From contig OZ249436.1 of assembly GCA_965235115.1 (NCBI GenBank), positions 48,300,001 to 48,364,000 on the forward strand: a DNA stretch of 64,000 bases, in the 5' to 3' direction. A program made the position numbers and the translations under genes. The notes under the pieces were generated by a model. It searched no databases and had not been told where the DNA came from. It was given only the letters and a program-made list of their open reading frames with translations. Positions 1 to 11,500 of this stretch are shown here, piece after piece (the stretch's first letter is position 1; each line of letters starts with the position of its first letter). The DNA is from Laetmonice hystrix. Lineage: Eukaryota.

Positions 1-299
1 CCCCCTTTGCCCCCCCCCCCCCCCCCGGTTTCGGCGCCTAGACCTAGGCTGTGCCAAACTTTAGAATTAGGGAGTCAGCTAGCTAACGCCGGTTAACGGT
101 TAGAGTGCCGCCACATCCACAACCTGGCACAGGCACAAATTTGAGGGGATTAGGATCTAGAGTAGAGGCTAGACACTAGATCTATCTCTAGGCCTAGATC
201 TACTATAACACGTTAGACTATAGTGGACTGGACTGGAGCACTCTGGCTCTGCCAGCTCTAATAATTTTTAAAATAACGATAACGATTTTAAACGCTGTT

Positions 300-833
300 C
301 CTCAGAAGGACTACCCCACCTTAGAGCAAGGCCGGTTGAGTGTCAATCTAATTAAAATTAGATCTTGGTATTCCGCTTCTCTCTCGGCTGTTTCAGTGCT
401 GGAGCGCATGCGAAATAACTAAGACCTAATTTTAATTAGATTGGTTGAGTGTCAAGGGCAAGAAAGATGAACTATGTGCCTTACTTTGCCCTTAGCCTGT
501 GCTGCTCACTGTGCTCAGAAACCTGTGCTGCCGTCAGCTCAGGAAAGTACCAGAAAGAAATTTGAGGAATACCAGACATTGCTGAAAATTGACAGTTGTA
601 CCATTCCTGATCCCTTTGATCTTTCTGGATGGGTTGGCAAGGCATATTCCTATTTTGACTCTGCTTGGCTTCAGCAGATATGTTACCACATGCCCTATTT
701 CTGAAAAATCTCCAGTATGCCTGATGAAGTCCTCATCCACCCCTTCTGCCCAGATATTCAACCCCTCCCACCAAATTTGGGTGGCTGTTGAGAATAAGAC
801 AGGCACAGTTAATATTTGCTCATGTGTTGCTGG
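300..833 (+). pseudogene. Degraded exon of a SAP-like/SWIM-finger (YqaJ-associated) transposon protein, ISL2EU/Harbinger-like accessory ORF relic
   Basis: Stitched frames read RLSVKGKKDELCAL..ACAAHCAQKPVLPS..IPDPFDLSGWVG-KAYSYFDSAWL..KSSSTPS..HQIWVAVENKTGTVNICSCVAG, then a GTAAGT donor at 834. There are frameshifts near 490 and 700 and a MITE insertion at 344-443. The family call is from motif recall. Confidence 0.55.
344..443. mobile_element. About 100-bp MITE with about 22-bp TIRs and a 9-11 bp TSD (Mutator-like)
   Basis: caatctaattaaaattagatctt / aagacctaattttaattagattg inverted repeats, flanked by direct repeat (g)gttgagtgt(c). Confidence 0.7.
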
Positions 834-2250
834 GTAAGTCCATAAAAAAACTTTTAAAAATGTCAAAGATTAATTATAAATAAAGATAAATACAGTTCTT
901 TTTATTCCAATAAATTTTTCTGTATAGGGGGCTACTCCATTTTTCATTACTTCAGGTTTGGGATACTTGTATGCAAAATGAAAGGGAGTATCAAAAAGGT
1001 AAACAAATTACAATTTTGTGAATTTACATCTGGGGATTTTATGGACTGATTGTACAGCATGTTTGTGTGGTTGACAGCAGGTCCAGGTTGTTTGGATTCT
1101 TTGGCCTGGGTCAATATTTAGTGTACCATGATGATGCTATATTTTTTGGTTGTAGCGCTCTGTCATTTTTTTAAAACTCAAACTGGTGGTGGGTGCTCTA
1201 CTTTAGCATGACAATAATGTTCCTTCTGTTGGATGATGTAACATTCCCTATTTAGTGTGATTCTTGAATGAATGAAGGTGCTACTTCAATTCACTGACCC
1301 TTATTAAATTTTAGTATTTGCATTTATGTAGGCCCTACATAGATGTAAAATACAAAAAGGTTCATGCCGCTAAAAAATGCAACCAAGCAACCAGAGCTAG
1401 TTTTGCATGTTGCATTCAAAACCATCGGCCAGCAAATAAGCATGATCTATATGATCAGATGAATGCAAATTTACTTTAGTTGACCCATGATTTCACCAGG
1501 TCTCAATGAGTATGGTCTTTGGGTAAGGTAATCCTTTATCGACATGTGCTAAATAAATTGTGATATTCCTTTTTAATTCAGAAACTGATAAATTCCTTGC
1601 CAGTTTTATAATCACTTTGTGTGTAACACAGTGTTAACTTCCATGCAAATTATACATGTATGTAGAAATTAGAACTTGTTTTTACTAAGTACCGGGCGTA
1701 CTACCAGATTTCTTGTATCCTTTTCTCTTTCTCTTTATTAGCAGTTTATTCACACCCCCAACCGCCCTACTGAGGAATGGGATCTTGAAATTTTTGTGTT
1801 CGTATTAGGGTAGTAGTAGTAGTAGTAGATCTAGTAGTAGTATAATAGTTTCTGATCCAAATTTGCATGAATGTCTGCTGCATATCATCTATTTCCATCG
1901 CTGAATGGTGTAAGTACTGTTGCTACACCCGCTAACTGCACAGATCCGCATGATTTTTCCAAGTGTCAGCAACTGACTGAAAGATAGAATAAAACAAGAG
2001 CCTTAGACAAAGAGAAGCAGGAGAAAACACATTTTTGGAGATTCCACTGAGACAATTTTATCTATTATTATTAGATCTCTAACCTTGAAATAAAGCGATC
2101 ATTTCATTTTGGCAAATATTCTTACTGGCCCACATTACATGAATGAGGAGGATTCCAAATCCCTTGGCTTATACAAACCTGAGAAACACTAGTAGATCTA
2201 ACGGTTAGTAGTTACCAGTACCAAGTTTAAGCAAAAAGGATCAAAGCATG

Positions 2251-2409
2251 CAGGCGCGGATCCGGGAGGGGGGGAAGGGGAGGGTCCAGGGGGTCCGGCC
2301 CCCCCCCCCCCCCCCGCTCAGCATCAACTTAGGTTTTTGCTATGTTATCGGGGAAGGGCCCCAGACTTTTTACCCCCCCCCCCTGCATAAATTCCTGGAT
2401 CCGCGCCTG
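2251..2409. mobile_element. Non-autonomous TIR element with 5-bp TSD (hAT5-like)
   Basis: TIR caggcgcggatcc / ggatccgcgcctg, with gcatg on both flanks. Confidence 0.75.
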
Positions 2410-2424
2410 GCATGATAGGTGCGA

Positions 2425-2693
2425 TAAGGGTAAAATCTTACCCTAGGATCGCCACTGGGGGGGGGTCTTACTTTTCTAGGTCTTACTTTTCTAGGTCTTA
2501 CTTTTCCTCAGGGTGTCTAGAAAAGTAAGACCTAGAAAAGTAAGACCTAGCTGCTTGCTAAAAAATAGAAATGGATAAGGGTAAAATCTTACCCTAGGAG
2601 TGCCACCAGGGGGGGGGGGGTCTTACTTTTCTAGGTCTTACTTTTCTAGGTCTTAGGTCTTACTTTTCTAGGTCTTACTTTTCTAGACACCCT
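2425..2693. mobile_element. Foldback MITE with TIRs built from a 15-bp repeat (ctaggtcttactttt), preceded by a partial duplicate
   Basis: agggtgtctagaaaagtaagacctag at 2510 pairs with ctaggtcttacttttctagacaccct ending at 2693. Segment 2425-2506 duplicates the internal and right part. Confidence 0.7.
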
Positions 2694-2909
2694 AGGTGGG
2701 GCATTCATTGTGAGCAGCAGTCACTGTGAGCGGCAGTTACTGTGACAGTGAGCGGCATGATTTTGATGGAACTATCGATGGAATTTTGATGATTTTGATC
2801 AAACATTTTGATGGTTTGATGGAAATCATTACATTATTTTAATTTATACAGTAACTTGAGTAAGTCGACGGTGGTGGCTGAGATGAAGACCTGCTGCTAA
2901 AATTAAATA

Positions 2910-3065
2910 ATGCTGGTTGGCTTTCTGCTTCATCTCAGCGGCGATCTCAAGCCCTTGGCTTGAGTCAAGGGCCTTGTCCCTGCCAGGCTCTACGGGGTGG
3001 ATGTGCTGTTGGGGACCGGGGGTGAAGCTGTCGTCGATCTGGTAGACCTTGGCGCAGAGGTCTAG
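2910..3065 (-). pseudogene. FLYWCH/MULE transposase fragment
   Basis: LCAKVYQIDDSFTPGPQQHIHPVEPG..EIAAEMKQKA resembles the C-x-A..H-x-H end of the FLYWCH finger in Mutator transposases. No intact ORF. Confidence 0.45.
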
Positions 3066-3094
3066 CCCCTCCCTCTGCTCTGGTGCTGCCACAA

Positions 3095-3265
3095 ACTGTC
3101 ACTGTCACTGTGTCACTGACTGTCAGTGTCACTGTGTCACAGTGTGTCAGTGTCAGTGACCGCCTCAGAGTCAGACTCAGTCATGACCGCCGCTCACAAC
3201 AACTGTCAGTGATCGCCGCTCACACTGTTGTCACTGACAGTAGCTGCCGCTCACAGACTCAGTGA
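3095..3265. repeat. Low-complexity (cactgt/gtcact)n microsatellite-like tract
   Basis: Degenerate hexamer repeats, also seen at 2710-2755 and 47615-47655. Confidence 0.7.
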
Positions 3266-3298
3266 CTGGTATTCTTTGTAATAATAAGTGTACCATAC

Positions 3299-3432
3299 CT
3301 GGAGATGTGAAGAACTGCAGTGGAATGACGTACTGGCTGCTAGGATTCACCGGTCGAAACGTACGCCATGCGGCCAGATCGGTTTGTTTATCCCGAGGCG
3401 GACAACCGGAAGTGTGTTTCAGACATGCGCAC
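3299..3432 (-). promoter_or_regulatory. Putative housekeeping promoter and first exon of a minus-strand gene running left
   Basis: CpG-rich patch with ETS CCGGAAGTG (about 3406), NRF1-like catgcgca (about 3424) and a minus-strand donor CAG|GTATGG at 3299/3298. Confidence 0.4.
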
Positions 3433-3452
3433 TCGAGACTGTGAAGTGGCTT

Positions 3453-4507
3453 ATAAGGCCAGTCAGTACATGTAGGGAGCCCTCACTGTAGTGTTCGCTC
3501 GACAATAAGGCCAGTCAGTACATGTAGGGAGCCCTCACTGTAGTGTTCGCGCGCAATAAGGCCAGCCAGTACATATGTAGGGAGCCCTCACTGTAGTGTT
3601 CCCTCGACAATAAGGCCAGTCAGTACATATATGGAGCCCTGAATGCACATGTACGTAGTGTTCGCTCGACAATAAGGCCAGTCAGTACATGCTGGGAGCC
3701 CTCACCGTAGTGTTCGCTCGACAATAAGGCCAGTCAGTACATGCAGGGAGCCCTCACTGTAGTGTTCGCTCGGCAATAAGGCCAGCTATACATGCAGGGA
3801 GCCCTCACTGTAGTGTTCGCTCGGCAATAAGGCCAGTCCGTACATGTAGGGAGCCCTCACTGTAGCTGTTCGCTCCAAAATAAGGCCAGTCAATACATGC
3901 AGGGAGCTCTCATTGTAGTGTTCGGTCGACAATAAGGCAAGACAGTACATGTAGGGAGCTCTCATTGTAGTGTTCGCTCGGCAATAAAGCCAGTCCGTAC
4001 ATGTAGGCAGCCCTCACTGTAGTGTTCGCTCGACAATAAGGCCAGTCAGTACATGCTGGGAGCCCTCACTGTAGTGTTCGCTCGACAATAAGGCCAGTCA
4101 GTACATGCAGGGAGCCCTCACTGTAGTGTTCGCTCGGCAATAAGGCCAGCTAGTACATGCAGGGAGCCCTCACTGTAGTGTTCGCTCGGCAATAAGGCCA
4201 GTCCGTACATGTAGGGAGCCCTCACTGTAGCTGTTCGCTCCAAAATAAGGCCAGTCAATACATGCAGGGAGCTCTCATTGTAGTGTTCGGTCGACAATAA
4301 GGCAAGACAGTACATGTAGGGAGCCCTCACTGTAGTGTTCGCTCGGCAATAAAGCCAGTCCGTACATGTATGGAGCCCTCACTGTAGTGTTTGCTCGACA
4401 GTAAGGACATTCAGTACATGTAGGCAGCCCTCACTGTAGTGTATGCTCGACAATAAGGCCAGTCAGTACATGTATGGAGCCCTCACTGTAGTGTTTGCTC
4501 GACAGTA
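3453..4507 (+). repeat. 52-bp satellite, about 20 units, left arm
   Basis: Unit aataaggccagtcagtacatgtagggagccctcactgtagtgttcgctcgac; period 52 (3453, 3505, ...). Confidence 0.95.
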
Positions 4508-6040
4508 AACCCTACAGCGAGGGCTGCCCACATGGACTGACTGCCCTTATACTCGAGCAAACGCTTAAGTGACGGCCCAATACATGTATTGTCTTGCCTT
4601 ATACTCGAGCAAAGACCACAGTGAGGGCACTCTACTTGTATTGACTGGCCTCAGTTTGGAGCAAACACTAACGTGAGGGCTGCCCACAATGACTGACTGG
4701 CCTTATACTCGAGCAAACACTACAGTGAGGGCCCCCTACATGTATTGACTGCCCTTGGGCTGGAGCAAACAATACAGTGAGGACTCCCCACATGTATTGG
4801 TGCCGTCATACTAGAGCAAACACTACAGTGAGGGCTCTGTACATGCATTGGCTGAGCTTAGACTGAAGCTGATGGCTGTGATGGCTGTCTAGATGTATTG
4901 ACCGGCCTCAGACTGGAGTAAACACTTCCGTGAGGGCTACCCACATGGACGGACTGGCCTTATACTCGAGCAAACACTACAGTGAGGGCTGAGCTTAGAC
5001 TGAAGCAAACACTAGAGTAAGCACTCCCTACATGTATTCCCTGGCCTTATACTCGAGCAAACACTGCATTGAGGGCTCCCAACATGTAATGTCTGGCCTT
5101 ATGCTGGAGCAAACAGTACAGTGAGGGATACCCACATGTACTGACTGGCCTTATACTCGAGCAAACACTATAGTGAGGGCTCTGTACATGTATCAGCTGG
5201 CCTTAGAGTGGAGCAAACACTACAGTGAGGGCCCCTACATGTATTGAATGCCGCCATACTGTTGCAAACACTACAGTTATGGCTCCCTACATGTATTGAC
5301 CGGCCCCAGACTGGAGCAAACACTACAGTGAGGGCCGAATACATGTATTAAGTGGCCTTATACTCTAGCAAACACCACAGTGAGGGCACTCTACATGTAT
5401 TGACTGGCCTCAGTTTGGAGCAAACGCTTACGTGAGGGCTGCCCACAATGACTGACTGGCCTTATACTCGAGCAAACACTACAGTGAGGATCCCCTACAT
5501 GTATTGACTGCCCTTGGGCTGGAGCAAACAGTACGGTCAGAGTTCCCTACACGTATTGAGTGCCGTCATACTAGAGCAAACACTACAGTGAGGGCTCTCT
5601 ACATGCATTGGCTGAGCTTAGACTGAAGCTGATGGCTGTAAGGACTCTCTGTATTGACCGGCCTGGAGTAAACACTACAGTGAGGGCTACTCACATGGAC
5701 TGACTGGCCGTATACTCGAGTAAACACTAGAGTGAGGGCTCTCTACATGTATTCAGTGGCGCCATACTCGAGCAAACACTACAGTGAGGGCTCTCTGGAT
5801 GTACTGACCGGCGTCAGACTGGAGCAAACAGCTACAGTGAGGGCTGCCCACATTGACTGACTGGCCTTATACTCGAGCAAACACTACAGTGAGGGCACTT
5901 TACAGCATGTATTGACTGGGCTCAGCTTGGAGCGAACACTACAGTGGGGGCTCCCTACATGTATTGACTGAGCTTAGACTGAAGCAAACACTGCAGTGAG
6001 GGATCCTTACATGTATTGGCTGGCCTTATACTCAACAAAC
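4508..6040 (-). repeat. Same 52-bp satellite in inverted orientation, about 29 more diverged units, right arm
   Basis: Unit gagcaaacactacagtgagggctccctacatgtattgactggccttatactc is the reverse complement of the left-arm unit. Confidence 0.93.
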
Positions 6041-6042
6041 AC

Positions 6043-6070
6043 ATCATAGACATAACGTTATGTCTATGAT
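6043..6070. repeat. Perfect 28-bp palindrome
   Basis: atcatagacataacgttatgtctatgat equals its own reverse complement. Confidence 0.9.
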
Positions 6071-7863
6071 AAACAACCGGTAACACCTTACTATATATTT
6101 AGCCGGATGACGTTATATGTCGGTCTCGGAGGTTTATCTTGGTCCTATTGGTATACTCCGATGATCGTGAAATGAGGCGGGTTGTGGGAATTGGGGGGGG
6201 GGGGGGGTTCTTATCAGTACACACGAGTGGAGGGGCGTCCAACCCAAAAAAAGCACTGAACCCGAAAAAAAAAGTTCACGATACACTCGTCTCCCATAGA
6301 TTCAAAGCAACAATCTAATAATAAGCCCGGAAGGCAAGAAGTAAGACTTTTATGCTGACTTTACTGCATAATTTCTTTACACGTCACGAGACTCTACAGA
6401 TTTCAGATTCAATTGTCATAATACATATACCCAACTCGTTGAGATACATGTACCATTACATAGATTTCTTAATAAAGTGTGCATTATATATCCTATTCAA
6501 ATCTTTATGATATGGTCATTCAATATTATATACTGACCGTCAATGGAAACGCACCAATACTTTTAACTGTCATATTGGCCAAAGATAAAACAGCGTTTCA
6601 AAGTGTCCCACATGCAAAATGCCACGTTTACCGCGTGATCAAAGAACGTTGCCATAGGAACGCCGGCTGGTGGTCAGTTCATGGCAATAATTAATTATTC
6701 GTTAATTAATCGTTTGTTAATTTAAACCAAATTCAGAGAAGCATAACTTCTTTTATTTGTTAATAAGCTTCTTATTCAGTTTACACCGGACTTATGACTA
6801 TTTCTTATGATTGATTTGGAAAAATATACTGTGGTGCGTCTTCATTGACTGACAGTATACTTATACATATATATTTCATATAAAATATACTCTATAAACC
6901 TATATATACGATAGATCTCTAAACATTCATTGACAATGAACTGAAAACACTGTACCAGAATTGCCACTTTATCACAAGTCATGTTACAAAATAAAAGGCT
7001 ATATTAACCCGGAGAGATATGGACGATATGTCGACTACAGACCAAAAGACAATAAAACCTTTGTAGCCATAAACTTGACGTACATTGACAAAACGTTCCT
7101 GTACTATGAAAGACGATGCAGCATCAATGTATACAACAGATAATAACAAGATTTTATTATGATGATAAAATTTCTAATAAACAAGTGGCCTCGCGGCCGG
7201 TAAAGTACATACCGGTATATAACTTGTCCATTGTGGATTTCTACCGTACCTAGGACAGATCACTGACAATTAGAACCGATCTTTTGTTTTAAATCAAAGC
7301 AAATCCTAGTTTTTAAACGACTGAGTGAACTGGGTGAGCCCGAGTTCAACCATGAATTTATTTATAAGCTACCTAAGTGTACACGTTACGGCCTATCACG
7401 GTGGTGTATGATTTATCTGTAGACAACTATGTCTAAATCCTAAGTAAAACCTTGGAGAACGACAATGGATATGGCGTAGATTGATCATTTTGATTATTTA
7501 CCGGCTTCGTGTACTTCGCATTATAATTGTTAGCGTTTCAGCATTTTTAATTTATTTCTCACGCTGTTTGGGCAGTAAATAATCACCTGTTTTTCCCCCA
7601 AGCAATATTTTACATTGTGTGGATTAGGCACCTTGTGACTAAAAACGGTCCTTATATGGCAAGACAAGGTCTTCCTGTGAGCAACAAAGTACCGGTACAA
7701 TATATCACGTCTCTAACATGGCAAGACTAGGTCTCCTTGGGTGAAATATATCACCTTCTATACATGGCAAAGTTAGGTTTTCCTGGCTGTAAAAAGATAC
7801 AATATGGTTTACACGTTATAACCTGATAATATACTGGTGGGACTTAACACAATACACTACATG

Positions 7864-8040
7864 TTCTGTGTCACGCATTGTATAACACTGGACACATTTC
7901 TGTGTCACGCATTGTACAACACTGGACGGATTTCTGTGTCACAGATTGTATAACACTGGACGGATTTCTGTGTCACGCATTGTAGGATGTATAACACTGG
8001 GCGGATTTCTGTGTCACGCATTATCACTGGACGGATATCT
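7864..8040. repeat. About 34-bp minisatellite, about 5 copies
   Basis: Repeats of tgtataacactggacggatttctgtgtcacgcat. Confidence 0.85.
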
Positions 8041-8598
8041 CAGTAAACACGATCCCTTCGTTAAAATTATTAATGCTGTTTTTTACAGTTACACATTTAC
8101 AGTTACACAAGAATCAATATTTACATACCGGGGGTAAGGCCTTACAGGTTTAAACAGGAGCTGTAGGAGCCTTGGTGTGTATGGTGTTATCAACGCTTTG
8201 AGCAAATCTTTAAAAATATCAACACTTATTGCTCAACTTACACTGTTTCTACCGAGTAATGCAAAAGTGAGCAAAAATGTAATAAATTAAAATATAGAAT
8301 AATATAATAACGAGTCCTGTAGCATTAGCTACATAATATTTGTTGACCAACTGTGCCTCCTAAGTACCATTCATGGTTCAGTTCCCTACTAAGGCTGGCT
8401 GAAAATTTTATGCTGACTGGTTTATGAACTACATGTATTGAAATGTTTCTGGTAGATTGGCTGACTCTGCATTCTGCAGTCAGAACGATTACAATCAGCC
8501 TTCATGAGTTTGATATCAGTGCATGACCTGATAAAAAGTTCTAGCTCGGTTTTATCTGTTCCGACCTCCTTGACTCCTCAAAGTCTGTCTGTGATTTT

Positions 8599-11500
8599 TC
8601 ATATTTTGGCTGATATCGGTCTTGCCCTGCCAGGACCCACTGTGACACCTGTAATGATGGGAAAGGTATTGCTTATAGAATGATACTAGGAACAAGTCAC
8701 TCCATTTGTCGCGTATCTGATTACTACATTATCATATACCAGTAATCATATTCAATCAATACAGCGAGTACTGTACAAGGAATATAATTTTGAATACTTG
8801 AATTTTTAACAGTGATTTAAGACCACCTGTACTGCGGCACCACTGTTGGCGTAACCACTTTTTGCAAAAATGATGTTAAAATGCCACAAAATCAACACCA
8901 CTGTTATCTCAAAATGATGACTCTATTATGTTTTTCTCTCTGTCAGAATTGGAATTACTGGTAATTGTCAACATTTCATTCCAGCCCCTATTTCAATTTA
9001 CAATCTTACCATTTGAAATTGCCTCTATTTGCCCATTTTGCTTGTTGTGACTTTCTAGGATAGCTCTGAAATTTAGAAACAAAGGAACAAGATTAGTGAT
9101 TAGAATTGATTAGTTCAGAATGACACAGATGTTATCATGTGTTTTATTAACTATTTTTTGATGATTAATATGTGAGTTGATTCTGAACGGATGAATGACA
9201 AAAATACTACCTGTACGATTTTGATTGTGAAAGGAAGCGGCGAGAAGCAGATATTTCTGTGCCTAATCTTTTCAGATCGTCTCCTTCAAAATCTGGTAGA
9301 GGTGGGTACTGTCGACAGAAAAAGGCATTTCAATAATGAGACTACAACTGACGTAAATATATCTTAGATAAAAAATAAGTGCAAGATTCTGGATGCATAT
9401 CAGGGTACTGTGAAACTTTTAAAATCAAGACCACAATCGTTATCATATACAGCTGCCAGGTGAGCTTTTCTATCACAATACCTCATGATCCTGAAAACCT
9501 TCCGTCAACAATTTGTGGGCAAATTTGTGAGCATCAAAGTCTGAGTGACAGCGGTGGTAGCGGCCGTTTGTCTGGTCAGCCAGCATTTTCAGGAAGTTGT
9601 TAGCAGTTCTGCAACAAAAGTACATGTACTGAAATGAAATTTATTCAAATCAAACATTTAACCATGAGCATTGCGAAATATGGTACTCTTAGATCTATTA
9701 AGTTTGAGTGATTGGTGTGGCAGATTGCTACAAAATCGAGAGAAAGCTTTCCTACTTGACAAAAGATGTGCAGAAACCCCTGAACTAATCTTTTGCGATG
9801 TTTAAAAATTGGCCCTGAAGTCTACTGCCAGTGGAACTTACGTGTCTTCACAGTTAAATGAGATGGTGTTGACGACAACATTACGACCATTGTTCATATT
9901 GGTCACTTCCTTCAGTACAAGCGACGTACTCGTATCAGGTTTACCGTCGGTTAACAGGTACACTGCCTCAACCTCGGTGTGCTCAAAGGCCAACTTCAAA
10001 ACAGAACAATTTCTATCAGACGAGGCAAAAAAAAATTCAAGACAGAACAAAAAGGGCTATAACTAGCACGTCAGTGTTATTGAGCTGCCACTCCCTGTAG
10101 ATGAGGTCAGTGGGTACAAATCAGCGAGGTTATGAAGGAATTACATGGTCGGTGGGGGGGGGGGGGAATCCAAAATTTTGGAAAGGGAGCGCAGTTCAAA
10201 GTGGAAATCTGGTTGCGGTGCACAGGCTCATCTGAGAAAGCTCTATGAGACGAAAAAGAACAAACTTAACCCCATAAACTGCCCTAGAACTGCCATAGTC
10301 AAGAGAATGTGGAAGCGAAGTGTTAAATGCCATCCTGCAACCCATATAAATGACGTTATTAACTTGAATGGTGTCTTGTAACCAAGCAACATAACATCAG
10401 TATTCACACAGTGAACATGTTATACCTGAAGAGCCTCCAGTGTGCACGTATTGCCAGCCGCCGTGAGATGAGACACCCACTTGACAGCCTCGTGACAAAT
10501 CTCCTCCGTTGGGTCCACCAATGTTTCCCTCCACGACAGGCACTTCTGACTGAACTGGATCAAGTTGAACCTACACACACACAGTCATGTTTCAGTTACC
10601 AATGTACTGAAATATTATAATGAAAAAATTGTAATTATTCATAGCACCAGTACCACTACAATGTCCCCATGATGACACAGTATCCAGACTGACCTAACTT
10701 TGTGCTTGTAAAGCTGATCCCAGACAAGCGAGGACAGCTCCCGCTTCAATTCGTCCATGTACGGTACCATGGAGCCTGACGTGTCGATCAGGAAGACGCA
10801 CCTCTTCTCGACTACTGTACCGAAAACACGGCGTGATGCCGCCAGCAGCCACTGGAGGCGCTGCAAGTAGCGGTGGAGGACGCGTTCCACCTGTTTCTCA
10901 TACTCAAGCAGTTCCCGAGGTTGTAACTGCAGGTATTGCAGGGATCCTCCAACGTTGATGGTGGGAAAGGAACTGTAAACTCTGCATGAACAAGGTAGTC
11001 AGACATTGATCACAGGATGAACAAGGTAGTCAGACATTGATCACAGGATGAACAAGGTAGTCAGACATTGATCACAGGATGAACAAGGTAGTCAGACATT
11101 GATCACAGGATGAACAAGGTAGTCAGACATTGATCACAGGATGTCACATCATCAAGACTTACTCAGGAGTTGTGACAGGGTTTTATTTCTTGCCTACAAC
11201 CCGCTCCTTGCACTGGCAATAAAAACACGTGGGGAAGAGACAGGGACTTACTTTGCCTCGACGGCCTTGTTAAGCACCTTGACGGGTTTGGTTGTCTGAC
11301 GAGTGTCTGGACTAACCACAATCTTGTTCAAGTTCAGCTTCAACCGCGTCAAACTGTACTTCCGCAGCCACTGAAATAAATAAAAATCTCCAGTCAGATC
11401 TTGGCAATTCACATATTGCAATCTGGGGTTTAGAGTAAATCCTGAAGTTTTAGAAATAACATTTTTCATAATGCATCTGGTCTCATTTTCCTTATTAAAA

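Noticed and set aside
4118..4330. 70-aa ORF in the satellite
   Set aside because: Chance open frame through repeat units.
3453..6040. CRISPR array
   Set aside because: The units are contiguous with no unique spacers, there are no cas genes, and the context is eukaryotic. It is satellite DNA.
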